From NCBI GenBank assembly GCA_964016885.1, contig OZ024745.1, positions 16,058,001 through 16,122,000 of the forward strand: a stretch of DNA of 64,000 nt, read 5' to 3'. The stretch's first letter is position 1. Each line of letters begins with the position of its first letter. Position numbers and translations under genes: made by a program. Source of the stretch: Eledone cirrhosa. Lineage: Eukaryota. The notes beneath the pieces were generated by a model, which did no database searches, had not been told where the DNA came from, and worked only from the letters and a program-made list of their open reading frames with translations. Of the stretch, positions 27,726 through 42,393 are shown piece by piece.

Positions 27726-28196
27726 CTAACAGAAGAATATCGGTTTTTTACGTTTGACTTCAAATCCCCAAATGTTCTCCACGGGAGAAGTTAGCGTCTT
27801 TTCCAAATCTTCTGCAGCCTCATAAATACTGCGAAGGTGTCCTTGGCTCTAGGACCACCTCCCAACTCGCCACAGGTACGAGATACTCCCGAGCTGGAAT
27901 TGCTCTTCCAACGCCTGGAATGGCTCTTCCGGGGACACACCTTCTCTATTCTGTCCAACGGCACCGCGGGGTGGCCAGCGCGTGGGTCCCATTTGCTTAT
28001 TATATATAGTGAGAGATGGGGAGAGCATGTTCGCACACACGTACTTGATAAGTCATCCTTTGTCATAAAAACTATATCAGCAGTAAAAACCATGTAGTGT
28101 ACACATTACATAGCACACTACATGTATGTACATATTTATATATATGTCGAAACGGCTTGAGCTCTGCCGTCGGGGTCAAACATTTTCTATATACAT

Positions 28197-28252
<56 letters not shown>

Positions 28253-28486
28253 ATATATACTATAAATTATGTCCATAGAATTATTTGATAAGATATATAC
28301 TCCATTTCCTCTCCCAATTAGCATAATCAACCACATATATATATAGATGTAGTATATAAATATGTATATGTATATACAATATGTATATAGATGTAGTGTT
28401 TAATGTGCAGACTACATCTATATACATATATATATAAATATGTATATATATATATATGTATATAGATATAGTGTGCAGACTACATG

Positions 28487-28550
<64 letters not shown>

Positions 28551-28554
<4 letters not shown>

Positions 28555-28702
28555 GGAGGTGAGTTTTATTGTAGCACAATAAAGCAATGCAAATATCGGA
28601 TAAGTAGCACTCTACAGTTTGTAGGACTGGAGTATAAATAATATAAGATCAAAAGATGGTTAAAATACTTGGAACTCTTTTAACCATCTTTTGATCTTAT
28701 AT

Positions 28703-28706
<4 letters not shown>
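28551..28706. repeat. (TA)n island ending in a 29-bp perfect palindrome
   Basis: Arms 28637-28665 and 28678-28706 with a 12-nt spacer; left extension to 28551. Confidence 0.8.
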
Positions 28707-28753
<47 letters not shown>

Positions 28754-28978
28754 GATATAGTGTGTAACGTGCACACGCACATGTGAAGTGATGCACACAC
28801 ACACACATGTGAAGTGATGCACACACACACATGTGAAGTGATGCACACACACACAGGTCAAGCGACTCGTATTGCTCCTTTATCATGTCCTCCCCTCATT
28901 ACAGTTTCTAGTGACGATGTCAATAGACTGCAGTAAATAATCACATTGATATTTTATCTCGCAGCTCTTTCTCGTTGG

Positions 28979-29037
<59 letters not shown>

Positions 29038-29203
29038 CTACCTACCTACCTACAAACATACATACATATACATACATAAATATATATACAGGGTGTCCCT
29101 AAAATTGTATACACACTTTGACTACCTGTACAGGCAGTATTTATTAGAATGCTGTTGAAGTGATTATACATTTTTGGGGGACACCGTGTATATATATAAA
29201 TAA

Positions 29204-29238
<35 letters not shown>

Positions 29239-29281
29239 TGCATATATACATACATATATGTATATATGCATACATACATAC

Positions 29282-29346
<65 letters not shown>

Positions 29347-29403
29347 CATACAGACATATATATATATATATACATACATATATATATATATATATATACA
29401 TAC

Positions 29404-29473
<70 letters not shown>

Positions 29474-29479
<6 letters not shown>

Positions 29480-29812
29480 TGTATATGTTGGTTGTATACC
29501 AACACCTCAGTATGCAGATTGGAGCAATCGGCGAAGTGCGCAGGTTGGTTTGGTTACTCCGGAGTAATGTAAAATAAAATAAAATAAATAAGTCAAATAT
29601 TTAAAATTTGGCTTCGTTTATTACTGCTATATATATTTCGATGACAGCCATCTTTGGCTGTGACCTCTTCAGGCAGTCCGAATTAGTGTCTCTACCACAC
29701 TAATTCGGACTGCCTGAAGAGGTCACAGCCAAAGATGGCTGTCATCGAAATATATATAGCAGTAATAAACGAAGCAAAATTTTAAACATTTGACTTATTT
29801 ATTTTATTTTAT
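29474..29812. mobile_element. Head-to-head PLE 3'-end palindrome (family E)
   Basis: Arms ~29570-29689 and 29697-29812 with a 7-nt spacer; left tail extension to (TA)n. Confidence 0.85.
29709..29763 (+). ncRNA. Minimal type-I hammerhead ribozyme (inverted copy at 29623-29677, -)
   Basis: ACTGC-CTGAAGA-GGTCACAGCC-AAAGAT-GGCTGTCATC-GAAA-TATATA-TA^GCAGT-AATAAA. Confidence 0.85.
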
Positions 29813-29835
29813 ATATATATATATATATATATACG

Positions 29836-29879
<44 letters not shown>

Positions 29880-30058
29880 ATATATTAATAAATGGAAACT
29901 ATATTTATAAAACCATATTTATTTTATTTTATATATTTCAAGGGCAACCAAGGCAAATTATGGTGCGTTTTCATCACATAAAATACAGATTTGTTCTATA
30001 AATAAATATTGACATACCCGGAAAAAGACAACCTTAACGGTTGGAGGAAGCTCGAACC

Positions 30059-30753
30059 GTTGAAAAAGAAATTGTAAGATAATATAGTAAACATACATCC
30101 AGATTCAGGTATTAAATATATACACATACAGGTATGAAAGCACGCGTATAAACACGCGTGATCACATATGTGCGAATGATATACAGGGAAGGCAGTGTAT
30201 TAGTCAAAGGAGTGTCAGTCTGAGGCTCGATACAGTATGTGTATATATTTAATACCTGATTCTGGATGTATGTTAACTATATTATCTTACAATTTCTTTT
30301 TCAACTTATATTATATACGTATTTGTGGTCACACATACACTGATATGCTTGCCATTATTATATGTACTTACGCACACATTTTCACTATACACATGCATTT
30401 GTACATACACACATATGTACATTTGTGAGTGAATATACACACATTTATAGATACCCTAACTATATTTCCTTATTTTTTTATATATCTCTTGCATTACTTT
30501 TATTTATAATTTTTTTTGCCCGTTAAACTTTTGTCTTTCTTCAGGAGATTTTTCAAATATTTCACTATGTTTTAAATTGCCTTGTCCGATGAACGAATGA
30601 GGACGTTTTTCGTATTCGTCTTATTCGGGAAACCCTGGTAATGAGGTAATTATATTGTATTGTTTATTATACATTAAATTTAGCTCTGGTACTTACATAG
30701 AGCACTCTTCACTCCTATGACTTTTTCAATTTTCAACGGAAACTTCAATACTT
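30059..30753 (+). mobile_element. PLE family C-related 3' fragment with ~70-bp 5' inverted duplication (30059-30129 / 30235-30305)
   Basis: The tail CATAGAGCACTCTT...ACGGAA is shared with the 21553 element; ends in (TA)n. Confidence 0.65.
30576..30650 (+). ncRNA. Type-I hammerhead ribozyme variant
   Basis: ATTGCCTTGT-CCGATGA-A-CGAATGAGGACG...CGTCTTATTCG-G-GAAA-CC-CT-GG-TA^ATGAGGTAAT (10-bp stem I). Confidence 0.75.
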
Positions 30754-30774
30754 ATATATATATATATATATATA

Positions 30775-31553
30775 AACGGAAAAAATGAAACGATATTTCA
30801 TTTCCCACTCTTAGTACGGCTGTTACTTAAATATAAGTATGTACACGTACATACATATATGTATACCGACGTACAGTAGTATGTATATATATATATACAT
30901 ACATGCACACATATATATATGCACGTATGGATTCACCGAACATTTATTATAATGCTCGGTGTGTTTGTAAACAAACATCCCGTATTAAGCCGTAGTGTCT
31001 AGTAACCACCGTTGCTCGTTTGTTCAACACTGACAAAGGAACGCTGTACTAGTTTCAAGCTTGTTAGCTATCGTCAGCAACGTATACCTTCCTGCCAGAT
31101 TGTTGAACGTATATACTTACCTTATGCATATTGACGGCCGAGTAGCCCAATATGCATATGCATATATATGCATATCGAGTGGGTTAATCGGCCGGGTGCA
31201 CCCGGGTGCACCCGGCCGATTAACCCACTCGATATGCATATTGGGCTACTCGGCCGTCAATATGCATAAGGTAAGTATATACGTTCAACAATCTGGCAGG
31301 AAGGTATACGTTGCTGACGATAGCTAACAAGCTTGAAACTAGTACAGCGTTCCTTTGTCAGTGTTGAACAAACGAGCAACGGTGGTTGCTAGACACTACG
31401 GCTTAATACGGGATGTTTGTTTACAAACACACCGAGCATTATAATAAATGTTCGGTGAATCCATACGTGCATATATATATGTGTGCATGTATGTATATAT
31501 ATATATACATACTACTGTACGTCGGTATACATATATGTATGTACGTGTACATA

Positions 31554-31560
<7 letters not shown>
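30775..31560. mobile_element. Spacer-less ~730-bp palindrome of PLE 3' ends (family F)
   Basis: Centre CCC|GGG at 31203/31204; arms near-identical apart from a 16-nt indel; tail homologous to 21340-21400. Confidence 0.9.
31308..31350 (+). ncRNA. Minimal type-I hammerhead ribozyme (inverted copy at 31041-31083, -)
   Basis: ACGTTG-CTGACGA-T-AGCT-AACA-AGCT-T-GAAA-CTAG-TA^CAGCGT; stem III (ACTAGT) is palindromic. Confidence 0.8.
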
Positions 31561-31585
<25 letters not shown>

Positions 31586-31587
<2 letters not shown>

Positions 31588-31793
31588 AGCCAAGGATTCT
31601 AATTCAAAAGTTGACGATAGATAAATATGTGTGTGTATGTATATATATATATATACACACACACATATATATATATGTGTGTGTGTGTATATATATATAT
31701 ATTTATATATATATACACACATACACACGCACACACACATACACACACATATATTTATCTATCGTCAACTTTTGAATGAGAATCATTGGCTTG
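31586..31793. repeat. Inverted duplication of flanking sequence around a microsatellite core
   Basis: CAAGCCAAGGATTCTAATTCAAAAGTTGACGATAGATAAATAT / ATATTTATCTATCGTCAACTTTTGAATGAGAATCATTGGCTTG. Confidence 0.8.
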
Positions 31794-32008
31794 TGAAAAG
31801 AACAGTGATAACATTTTCAAAGATTCCACACCTACATATGGGGAACCATTTTATTATCGCGTCCATGGCTCCTTGGCGTGTAACACACGTACGGCCATTT
31901 AAATATTTGAAGAATGGCTGAAATTGTGTGGCCATCACACAAGCTAGGCTGTTACTCATTGGTCAAGTTGGCTTACGTTGTCAGAATATGTGGTAGGTCA
32001 GAAATGTC

Positions 32009-35000
32009 GTTACAGTGTGAGGGTAACTACATTACTGTGTGAGGGTAGCTATATTACTGTGTGAGGGGTAGCTATATTACTGTGTGAGGGTAACACTATT
32101 ACAGTGTAAGGGGTAACTACATTACAGTATGAGGGGTAACTATATTACTGTGTGAGGGTAACTATATTACTGTGTGAGGGTAACTATATTACTGTGTGAG
32201 GGGTAACTATATTACTGTGTGAGGGTAACTATATTAGTGTGTGAGGGTAACTACATTACTGTGTGAGGGTATCTATATTACTGTGTGAAGGGTAACTACA
32301 TTACAGTGTGAGGGTAACTATATTACAGTGTGAGGGTAACTACATTACAGTGTGAGGGGTAGCTATATTACTGTGTGAGGGTAACTATATTACTGTGTGA
32401 GGGTAACTATATTACTGTGTGAGGGGTAACTATATTACTGTGTGAGGGTAACTACATTACAGTGTGAGGGGTAACTACATTACAGTGTGAGGGTAACTAT
32501 ATTACAGTGTGAGGGTAACTACATTACAGTGTGAGGGGTAGCTATATTACTGTGTGAGGGTAACTATATTACTGTGTGAGGGTAACTATATTACTGTGTG
32601 AGGGTAACTATATTACTGTGTGAGGGTAACTACATTACAGTATGAGGGGTAACTATATTACTGTGTGAGGGTAACTATATTACTGTGTGAGGGTAACTAT
32701 ATTACTGTTAGAGGGTAACTATATTACTGTGTGAGGGGTAACTATATTACTGTGTGAGGGTAACTATATTACTGTGTGAGGGTAACGATATTACTGTGTG
32801 AGGGGTAACTATATTACTGTGTGAGGGTAACTACCTTACAGTGTGAGGGTAACTATATTACTGTGTGAGGGGTAGCTATATTACTGTGTGAGGGTAACAC
32901 TATTACAGTGTAAGGGGTAACTACATTACAGTGTGAGGGGTAACTATATTACTGTGTGAGGGTAACTACATTACAGTATGAGGGGCAACTACATTACAGT
33001 GTGAGGGTAACTACATTACAGTGTGAGGGGTAACTACGTTACAGTGTGAGGGTAACTACATTACAGTGTGAGGGGTAACTACATTACAGTGTGAGGGTAC
33101 CTATATTACTGTGTGAGGGTAACTATATTACTGTGTGAGGGGAACTACATTACAGTATGAGGGGTAACTATATTACTGTGTGAAGGGTAACTACATTACA
33201 GTGTGAGGGGTAGCTACATTACAGTGTGAGGGGTAGCTACATTACTGTGTGAGGGTAACTATATTACTGTGTGAGGGTAACTACATTACAGTGTGAGGGG
33301 TAACTATATTACTGTGTGAAGGGTAACTACATTACAGTGTGAGGGGTAACTACATTACAGTGTGAGGGTAACTACATTACAGTGTGAGGGGTAGCTATAT
33401 TACTGTGTGAGGGTAACTACATTAAAGTAGGAAGGGTAACTATATTTCTGTGTGATGGGTAACTACATTACAGCGTGAGGGGTAACTATATTATTGTGTG
33501 AGGGTAACTACATTAGAGTGTGAGGGGTAACTCTATTACAGTATAAGGGGTAACTACATTACAGTGTGAGGGTAACTACATTAGAGTGTGAGGGTAACTA
33601 CATTACAGTGTGAGGGTAGCTATATTACTGTGTGAGGGGTAACTACATTACAGTGTGAGGGGTAACTACATTACAGTATGAGGGGTAACTCTATTACAGT
33701 GTGAGGGTTACAACATTACAGTGTGAGGGTAACTTTATTACTGTGTGAAGGGTAACTACATTACAATGTGAGGGGTAACTACATTACAGTGTGAGGGTAA
33801 CTACATTACAATGTGAGGGGTAACTACATTACAGTGTGAGGGGTAACTACATTACTGTGTGAGGGTAGCTACATTACAGTGTGAGGGGTAGCTATATTAC
33901 TGTGTGAGGGTAACTATATTACAGTGTGAGGGTAACAACATTACAGTGTGAGGGTAACTACATTACAGTGTGAGGGCTAACTATATTACAGTGTGAGGGG
34001 TAACTACATTACAGTGTGAGGTGTAACTACATTACAGTGTGAGGGGTAACTACATCACAGTGTGAGGGGTAACTATATTACTGTGTGAAGGGTAACTACA
34101 TTAGAGTGTGAGGGTTAACTATATTACTGTATGAGGGGTAACTATATTACAATGTGAGGGGTAACTACATTACAGTGTGCGGGTAACTACATTATACCTT
34201 GAGGGTTATTACAATACAGTAGGAGGGGTAACTACATTACAGTGTGAGGGTAACTACATTACAGTGTGAGGGGTAACTACATTACAGTGTGAGGGTAACT
34301 ACATTACAGTGTGAGGGGTAACTACATTACAGTGTGAGGGTAACTGCATTACAGTGTGAGGGCTAACTATATTACTGTGTGAAGGGTAACTACATTACAG
34401 TGTGAGGGGTAACTAAATTACAGTGTGAGGGGTAACTATATTACTGTGTGAAGGGTAACTACATTACAGTGTGAGGGCTAACTATGTTACTGTGTGTAGG
34501 GTAACTACATTACAGTGTGAGAGGTAACTACATTACAGTGTGTGGGGTAACTACATTACAATGTGAGGGGTAACTACATTACAGTGTGAGGGGTAACTAC
34601 ATTACAGTGTGTGGGGTAACTACATTACAGTGTGAGGGGTAACTACATTACAGTGTGTGGGGTAACTACATTACAGTGTGAGGGGTAACAACATTACAGT
34701 GTGAGGGGTAACTACATTACAGTGTGTGGGGTAACTACATTACAGTGTGAGGGGTAACTACATTACAGTGTGTGGGGTAACTACATTACAGTGTGAGGGG
34801 TAACAACATTACAGTGTGAGGGGTAACTACATTACAGTGTAAGGGCTAACTATATTACAGTGTGAGGGGTAACTACATTACAATGTGAGGGGTAACTACA
34901 TTACTGTGTGAGGGTAACTACATTACAATGTGAGGGGTAACTACATTACAGTGTGAGGGGTAACTACATTACTGTGTGAGGGTAGCTACATTACAGTGTG

Positions 35001-38000
35001 AGGGGTAGCTATATTACTGTGTGAGGGTAACTATATTACAGTGTGAGGGTAACAACATTACAGTGTGAGGGTAACTACATTACAGTGTGAGGGCTAACTA
35101 TATTACAGTGTGAGGGGTAACTACATTACAGTGTGAGGTGTAACTACATTACAGTGTGAGGGGTAACTACATCACAGTGTGAGGGGTAACTATATTACTG
35201 TGTGAAGGGTAACTACATTAGAGTGTGAGGGTTAACTATATTACTGTATGAGGGGTAACTACATTACAATGTGAGGGGTAACTACATTACAGTGTGAGGG
35301 GTAACTACATCACAGTGTGAGGGGTAACTATATTACTGTGTGAAGGGTAACTACATTAGAGTGTGAGGGTTAACTATATTACTGTATGAGGGGTAACTAC
35401 ATTACAATGTGAGGGGTAACTACATTACAGTGTGCGGGTAACTACATTACAATGTGAGGGGTAACTACATTACAGTGTGAGGGGTAACTACATTACTGTG
35501 TGAGGGTAGCTACATTACAGTGTGAGGGGTAGCTATATTACTGTGTGAGAGTAACTATATTACAGTGTGAGGGTAACAACATTACAGTGTGAGGGTAACT
35601 ACATTACAGTGTGAGGGCTAACTATATTACAGTGTGAGGGGTAACTACATTACAGTGTGAGGTGTAACTACATTACAGTGTGAGGGGTAACTACATCACA
35701 GTGTGAGGGGTAACTATATTACTGTGTGAAGGGTAACTACATTAGAGTGTAAGGGTTAACTATATTACTGTATGAGGGGTAACTACATTACAATGTGAGG
35801 GGTAACTACATTACAGTGTGCGGGTAACTACATTACAATGTGAGGGGTAACTACATTACAGTAGGAGGGGTAACTACATTACAGTGTGAGGGTAACTACA
35901 TTACAGTGTGAGGGGTAACTACATTACAGTGTGAGGGTAACTACATTACAGTGTGAGGGGTAACTACATTACAGTGTGAGGGTAACTGCATTACAGTGTG
36001 AGGGCTAACTATATTACTGTGTGAAGGGTAACTACATTACAGTGTGAGGGGTAACTAAATTACAGTGTGAGGGGTAACTATATTACTGTGTGAAGGGTAA
36101 CTACATTACAGTGTGAGGGCTAACTATGTTACTGTGTGTAGGGTAACTACATTACAGTGTGAGAGGTAACTACATTACAGTGTGAGGGTAACTACATTAC
36201 AGTGTGAGGGGTAACTACATTACAGTGTGAGGGTAACTATATTACAGTGTGAGGGTAACTACATTACTGTGTGCGGGTAACTACATTATACAGTGAGGGT
36301 AACTACATTACAGTGTGAGGGAAACTACATTACAGTGTGAGGGTAACTACATTACAGTGTGAGGGTAACTACATTACAGTGTGAGTGTAACTACATTACT
36401 GTGTGAGGGGTTACTACATTACAGTTTGAGGGGTAACTACATTACAGTGTGAGGGGGTAACTATATTACAGTGTGAAGGGTAACTACATTACAGTGTGAG
36501 GGCTAACTATATTACAGTGTGAGGGGTAACTACATTACAGTGTGAGGGGTAACTATATTACTGTGTGTGGGGTAACTACATTACAGTATGAGGGGTACTA
36601 CATGACAGTGTGAGGGTAACTACATTACAGTGTGAGGGTAACTAAATTACAGTGTGAGGGGTTACTACATTACATTGTGAGGGGCAACAACATTACAGTG
36701 TGAGGGCTAACTACATTACAGTGTGAGGGGTAACTACATTACAGTGTGAGGGGTTACTACATTACAGTGTGAGGGGTAAGTACATTACAGTGTGGGGGCT
36801 AACTATATTACAGTGTGAGTGTAACTACATTACAGTGTGAGGGGTAACTACATTACAGTGTGAGGGCTAACTATATTACATTGTGAGGGGTAACTACATT
36901 ACAGTGTGTGGGGTAACTACATTACAGTGTGAGGGGTAACTACATTTCAGTGTGAGGGTTAACTACATTACAGTGTGAGGGTAACTACGTTACAGTGTGA
37001 GGGGTTACTACATTACAGTGTGAGGGGTTACAACATTACAGTGTGAGGGGTTACTACATTACAGTGTGAGAGTAACTACATTACAGTGTGAGGGGTAACT
37101 ACATTACAGTGTGAGGGTAACTACATTACAGTGTGATGGGTAACTACATTACAGTGTGTGGGGTAACTACATTACAGTGTAAGGGCTAACTATATTACAG
37201 TGTGAGGGTAACTACATTACAGTGTGAGGGTAACTAAATTACAATGTGAGGGGTTACTACATTACATTGTGAGGGGCAACAATATTACAGTGTGAGGGCT
37301 AGCTACATTACAGTGTGAGGGGTAACTACATTACAGTGTGAGGGGTTACTACATTACAGTGTGAGGGGTAAGTACATTACAGTGTGAGGGCTAACTATAT
37401 TACAGTGTGAGTGTAACTACATTACAGTGTGAGGGGTAACTACATTACAGTGTGAGGGCTAACTATATTACATTGTGAGGGGTAACTACATTACAGTGTG
37501 TGGGGTAACTACATTACAGTGTGAGGGGTAACTACATTTCAGTGTGAGGGTTAACTACATTACAGTGTGAGGGTAACTACATTACAGTGTGAGGGGTTAC
37601 TACATTACAGTGTGAGGGGTTACAACATTACAGTGTGAGGGGTTACTACATTACAGTGTGAGGGTAACTACATTACAGTGTGAGGGGTAACTACATTACA
37701 GTGTGAGGGTAACTACATTACAGTGTGATGGGTAACTACATTACAGTGTGAGGGTAACTACATTACAGTGTGAGGGGTAACTACATTACAGTGTGAGGGT
37801 AACTACATTACAGTGTTAGGGGTAAGTACATTACAGTGTGAGGGTAACTACATTACAGTGTGAGGGTTACCTCATTACAGTTTGAGGGGTAACTACATTA
37901 CAGTGTGAGGGCTAACTACATTACAGTGTGAGGGGTAACTATATTACTGTGTGAAGGATAACTACATTACAGTGTAAGGGGTAACTACATTACGGTGTGA

Positions 38001-40030
38001 GGGTTAACTACATTACAGTGTGAGGGGTAACTACATTACAGTGTGAGGGTTACTACATTACAGTGTGAGGGGTAACTACATTACAGTGTGAGGGGTAACT
38101 ATATTACAGTGTGAAGGGTAACTACATTACAGTGTGAGGGGTAACTACATTACAGTGTTTGGGTTAACTACATTACAGTGTGAGGGTAACTACATTACAG
38201 TGTGAGTGTAACTACATTACAGTGTGAGGGTAACTACATTACAGTGTGAGGGGTAACTATATTACAGTGTGAGGGGTAACTACATTACAGTTTGAGGGGA
38301 ACTACATTACAGTGTGAGGCTAACTACATTACAGTGTGAGGGTAACTACATTACAGTGTGAGGGGTAACTACATTTCAGTGTGAGGGGTAACTAGATTAC
38401 TGTGTGAGGGTAACTATATTACACTGTGAGGGTAACTATATTACAGTGTGAGGGTAACTACATTACAATGTGAGGGCTAACTACATTACAGTGTGAGGGG
38501 TAACTACATTTCAGTGTGAGGGTAACTACATTACTGTGTGAGGGGTAACTACATTACAGTGTGAGTGTAACTATATTACAGTGTGAGGGGTAACTACATT
38601 ACAGTGTGAGGGTAACTACATTACAGTGTGAGGGGTAACTACATTACAGTGTGAGGGGTAACTACATTACAGTGTGAGGGGTAACTATATTACTGTGTGA
38701 GGGTAACTATATTACAGAGTGAGGGGTAACTATATTACAATGTGAGGGGTAACTACATTACAGTGTGAGGGTAACTACATTACAGTGTGAGGGGTAACTA
38801 TATTACTGTGTGAGGGCTAACTACATTACAGTGTGAGGTTAACTATATTATAGTGTGAGGGTAACTGCATTACAGTGTGAGGGTAACTATATTACAGTGT
38901 GAGGGTAACTACATTTCAGTGTGAGGGGTAACTATATTACAGTGTGAGGAGTAACTACATTACAGTGTGAGGGGTAACTACATTACAGGGGGTAACTACA
39001 TTTCAGTGTGAGGGGTAACTACATTACAGTGTGAGGGGTAACTACATTACAGTGTGAGGGTAACTACATTACAGTGTGAGGGCTAACTACATTACAGTAT
39101 GAGGGGTAACTACATTACAGATAGGGTAACTACATTACAGTGTGAGGGTAACTACATTACAGTGTGAGGGGTAACAACATTACAGTGTGAGGGGTAACAA
39201 CATTACAGTATGAGAGGTAACTACATTACAGTGTGAGGGGTAACTACATTACAGTGTGTGGGGTAACTACATTTCAGTGTGAGGGGTAACTACATTACAG
39301 TAGGAGGGGTAACTACATTACAGTGTGAGGGTAACTACATTACAGTGTGAGGGGTAACTACATTACAGTGTGAGGTGTAACTACATTACAGTTTGAGGGT
39401 AACTACATTACAGTGTGAGGGCTAACTACATTACAGTGTGAGGTGTAACTACATTACAGTGTGAGGGTAACTACATTACAGTGTGTGGGTAACTACATTA
39501 CAGTGTGAGGTGTAACTACATTACAGTGTGAGGGTAACTACATTACAGTGTGAGGTGTAACTACATTACAGTGTGAGGGTAACTACATTACAGTGTGTGG
39601 GGTAACTACATTTCAGTGTGAGGGGTAACTACATTACAGTGTGAGGGGTAACTACATTACAGTGTGAGGGTAACTACATTACAGTGTGAGGGCTAACTAC
39701 ATTACAGTGTGAGGGTAACTACATTACAGTGTGAGGGTAACTACATTACAGTGTGAGGGCTAACTACATTTCAGTGTGAGGGGTAACTACATTACAGTGT
39801 AAGGGGTAACTACATTACAGTTTGAGGGTAACATTACAGTGTGAGGGGTAACTATATTACTGTGTGAGGGTAACTACATTATACCATGAGGGTTACTACA
39901 TTACAGTGTGAGGGGTAACTACATTACAGTGTGAGGGGTAACTATATTACTGTGTGAGGGGTAACTATATTACAGTGTGAGGGTAACTATATTACTGTTT
40001 GAGGGTAACTATATTACAGGGCAAGGGTAA
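32009..40030 (+). repeat. ~8-kb satellite with a 21/22-bp unit TTACAGTGTGAGGG(G)TAACTACA (~370 units)
   Basis: Direct inspection; uninterrupted tandem units with point variants. Confidence 0.97.
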
Positions 40031-40459
40031 TTCACTAAAATTGAACTTAATTATATTACTGTGTATGGGTAACTATGTAAAATTGTAATGACTGAGGTGC
40101 TATTACTCCGTGGTGTTGTCGGATTTGAATTGGATATGTTAGGAAGGACCTGTTTGGAGGTGTGTTTGAGGACTCTGTCCCTAAGATCCTCTTAGGAATA
40201 TGTTGGAAAAGAACAACAACCCTAAAGTGATGTAAGACAAAATTGCCCTTATCAGAATTTTTAACACTGAAAACACAGAAAACAGTTTTTAGAACAAAAA
40301 CCATAAAGCATTCTTTCCACTGCTTTCGAGTTCACAGCCTTTAAGCTGTTTAAGAGGAAATTCACGTGGTGGTGGTAACTAGACATCATATCTGAACTCT
40401 TATTAAGTTATATCATAGTTCAAATATGAGGTTAGGATCATGTAGGTATGACTGGGGAC

Positions 40460-40640
40460 AATAATTGTTTCTACTTTTGGCACAAGGCCAGCAATTACTC
40501 AGTACATTACTGGTACTTTATTTTATCGACCCTGTAAGGATGAAAGGCAAAGTGAACCTCGGCGGGATTTGAACTCAGACCGTAATGGGACGTAACTATG
40601 CTGGAAAGCATGGCATCCGACTCTCTACCGATACTGCCAA
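40460..40640 (-). mobile_element. SINE main family
   Basis: Reverse complement of the consensus. Confidence 0.85.
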
Positions 40641-40941
40641 GATAATAATAAGTAGTTGTGATAAGTAGGTGTATGGAGTAGATATATAAAATTAGATTTG
40701 GAAATGTTCAATTTTTAAATCTGATGTTATTCCTTTCTTCCAAAAAAACGAATCTACAAATATTCTTTGGCGTTTATCCCAAACACTTTGTGTTGAAACA
40801 TTGTGACCACGTTGCAGGAATATGACTACATTTCTTCTACCTTCCTCGTTCTCTCTCTTATATCTATGTATACACATACACGTGTGTGTATATACATCTT
40901 CATAACTCCCACTCTCTCTCATTCTCTCTCTCTGTCTCTGC

Positions 40942-41024
<83 letters not shown>

Positions 41025-41999
41025 TGTGAATATATTTATGTGCGTGTGTATATATACACACACTTTCATACACACATATATGTGTGAGCATGTGTGTGGT
41101 TATATACAGTATATGCATATAAACACACATACATATATGTATATACATTTCCTGTTTTCACACATTCACACACACACACACACACACACGTACGCATATG
41201 TATAAAAAGTGAGAGAGAGAAAACGATATTTAACAGCACATGTTTCTGACTACATTTACTATTGATTTGTGTGTTGTTCAATGTTAAAATCTCTCGATAA
41301 CTCTACCTTCTGTAACATTCTGACTTCTTTAGTAACGTTAGATCAAAGTGATGCAACTTGCCAAATATTACTTCTAAAGAATTACAAAGAACCAACCACA
41401 GAAATATTCTAGAAATATCATCCGAACCTCTGACAAATAACACTCTTCTATCTAGAAAAATCGAAGGTCATATTGACTAAAGTAGTCCTGTGTGGATTTG
41501 GTATCAATATAGCAGAGTGATGCGTGTCTTGTATTTGATTGATAGTTATTTCTACCTGTCTAGGGTTGAGCTAAACATCAACAACGATAATTTTGACAGG
41601 GGGTCTATAGAAAAGTGTATAGGCTGACAAAGATACTCTCATGGAATGACCAAATGAGGTTTATTTTCCTGCGCGGTCCCTAGCAAGTAACAATGTAGCT
41701 ATTAATACGAATACTTGAAATTAATGCATGCAAGATTTCACAGCTCTAGCATTACTCTTTCATAGATCAGCTGTTGAACCTTTCAGCTGACTCTCGTATT
41801 TTAAAACGAAATCCAACTTAAAGGTTTTAAGAAGTTATAGATATAGAAGTTATGATTCAGTGTTTTCAGTAATTATTTCTTTGGGGAGAGAAAGGCAGTA
41901 CTAACTGTCTCTGTCATGGCTTTCAAGACTAGGAAAGAAGAGAGGTATCATCTAGCTGGAAGTCTAATGGCCTTTGTCTGGGACTCAAAGACTAGGAAA

Positions 42000-42037
<38 letters not shown>

Positions 42038-42253
42038 ACAGGGAGAAAGAGACGATTATGAGGAAGAAAAATATATTTTTCTTCCTTTTTTTTTGTCTCT
42101 CTCTCTTTTTTTTCTGGGTTAGAAAATGATTAAAACGAAATGTTTTACTTTGTGTGAAGTGTTAAGGTATTAGTTGATTTATTTATTATTTAACAATGCC
42201 ATTTATATATATATATATATATAATGTTATTTTAATATATATATATATATATA

Positions 42254-42380
42254 TTAAAATAACAGATTAAAGTTTAAGCAAAGAATCGCTGCTTTCACCC
42301 TTAACGGATTCTTATATATTTGATATATATTTATCCTTACTCTTTGGATTTTACTCTTCAAATTTATTATTATTACTATA
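42254..42380. mobile_element. PLE family A inverted 3'-end insertion within (TA)n
   Basis: Same two segments as 9056-9225 with a third junction. Confidence 0.7.
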
Positions 42381-42393
42381 TATATATATATAT

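Noticed and set aside
27791-28093. GC-rich ORFs as a host exon
   Set aside because: No recognisable domain; more likely a decayed LINE fragment, and not assignable.
32009-40030. CRISPR-like or coding repeat array
   Set aside because: No unique spacers, no cas genes, eukaryotic context; stops and 21/22-bp frame shifts throughout.
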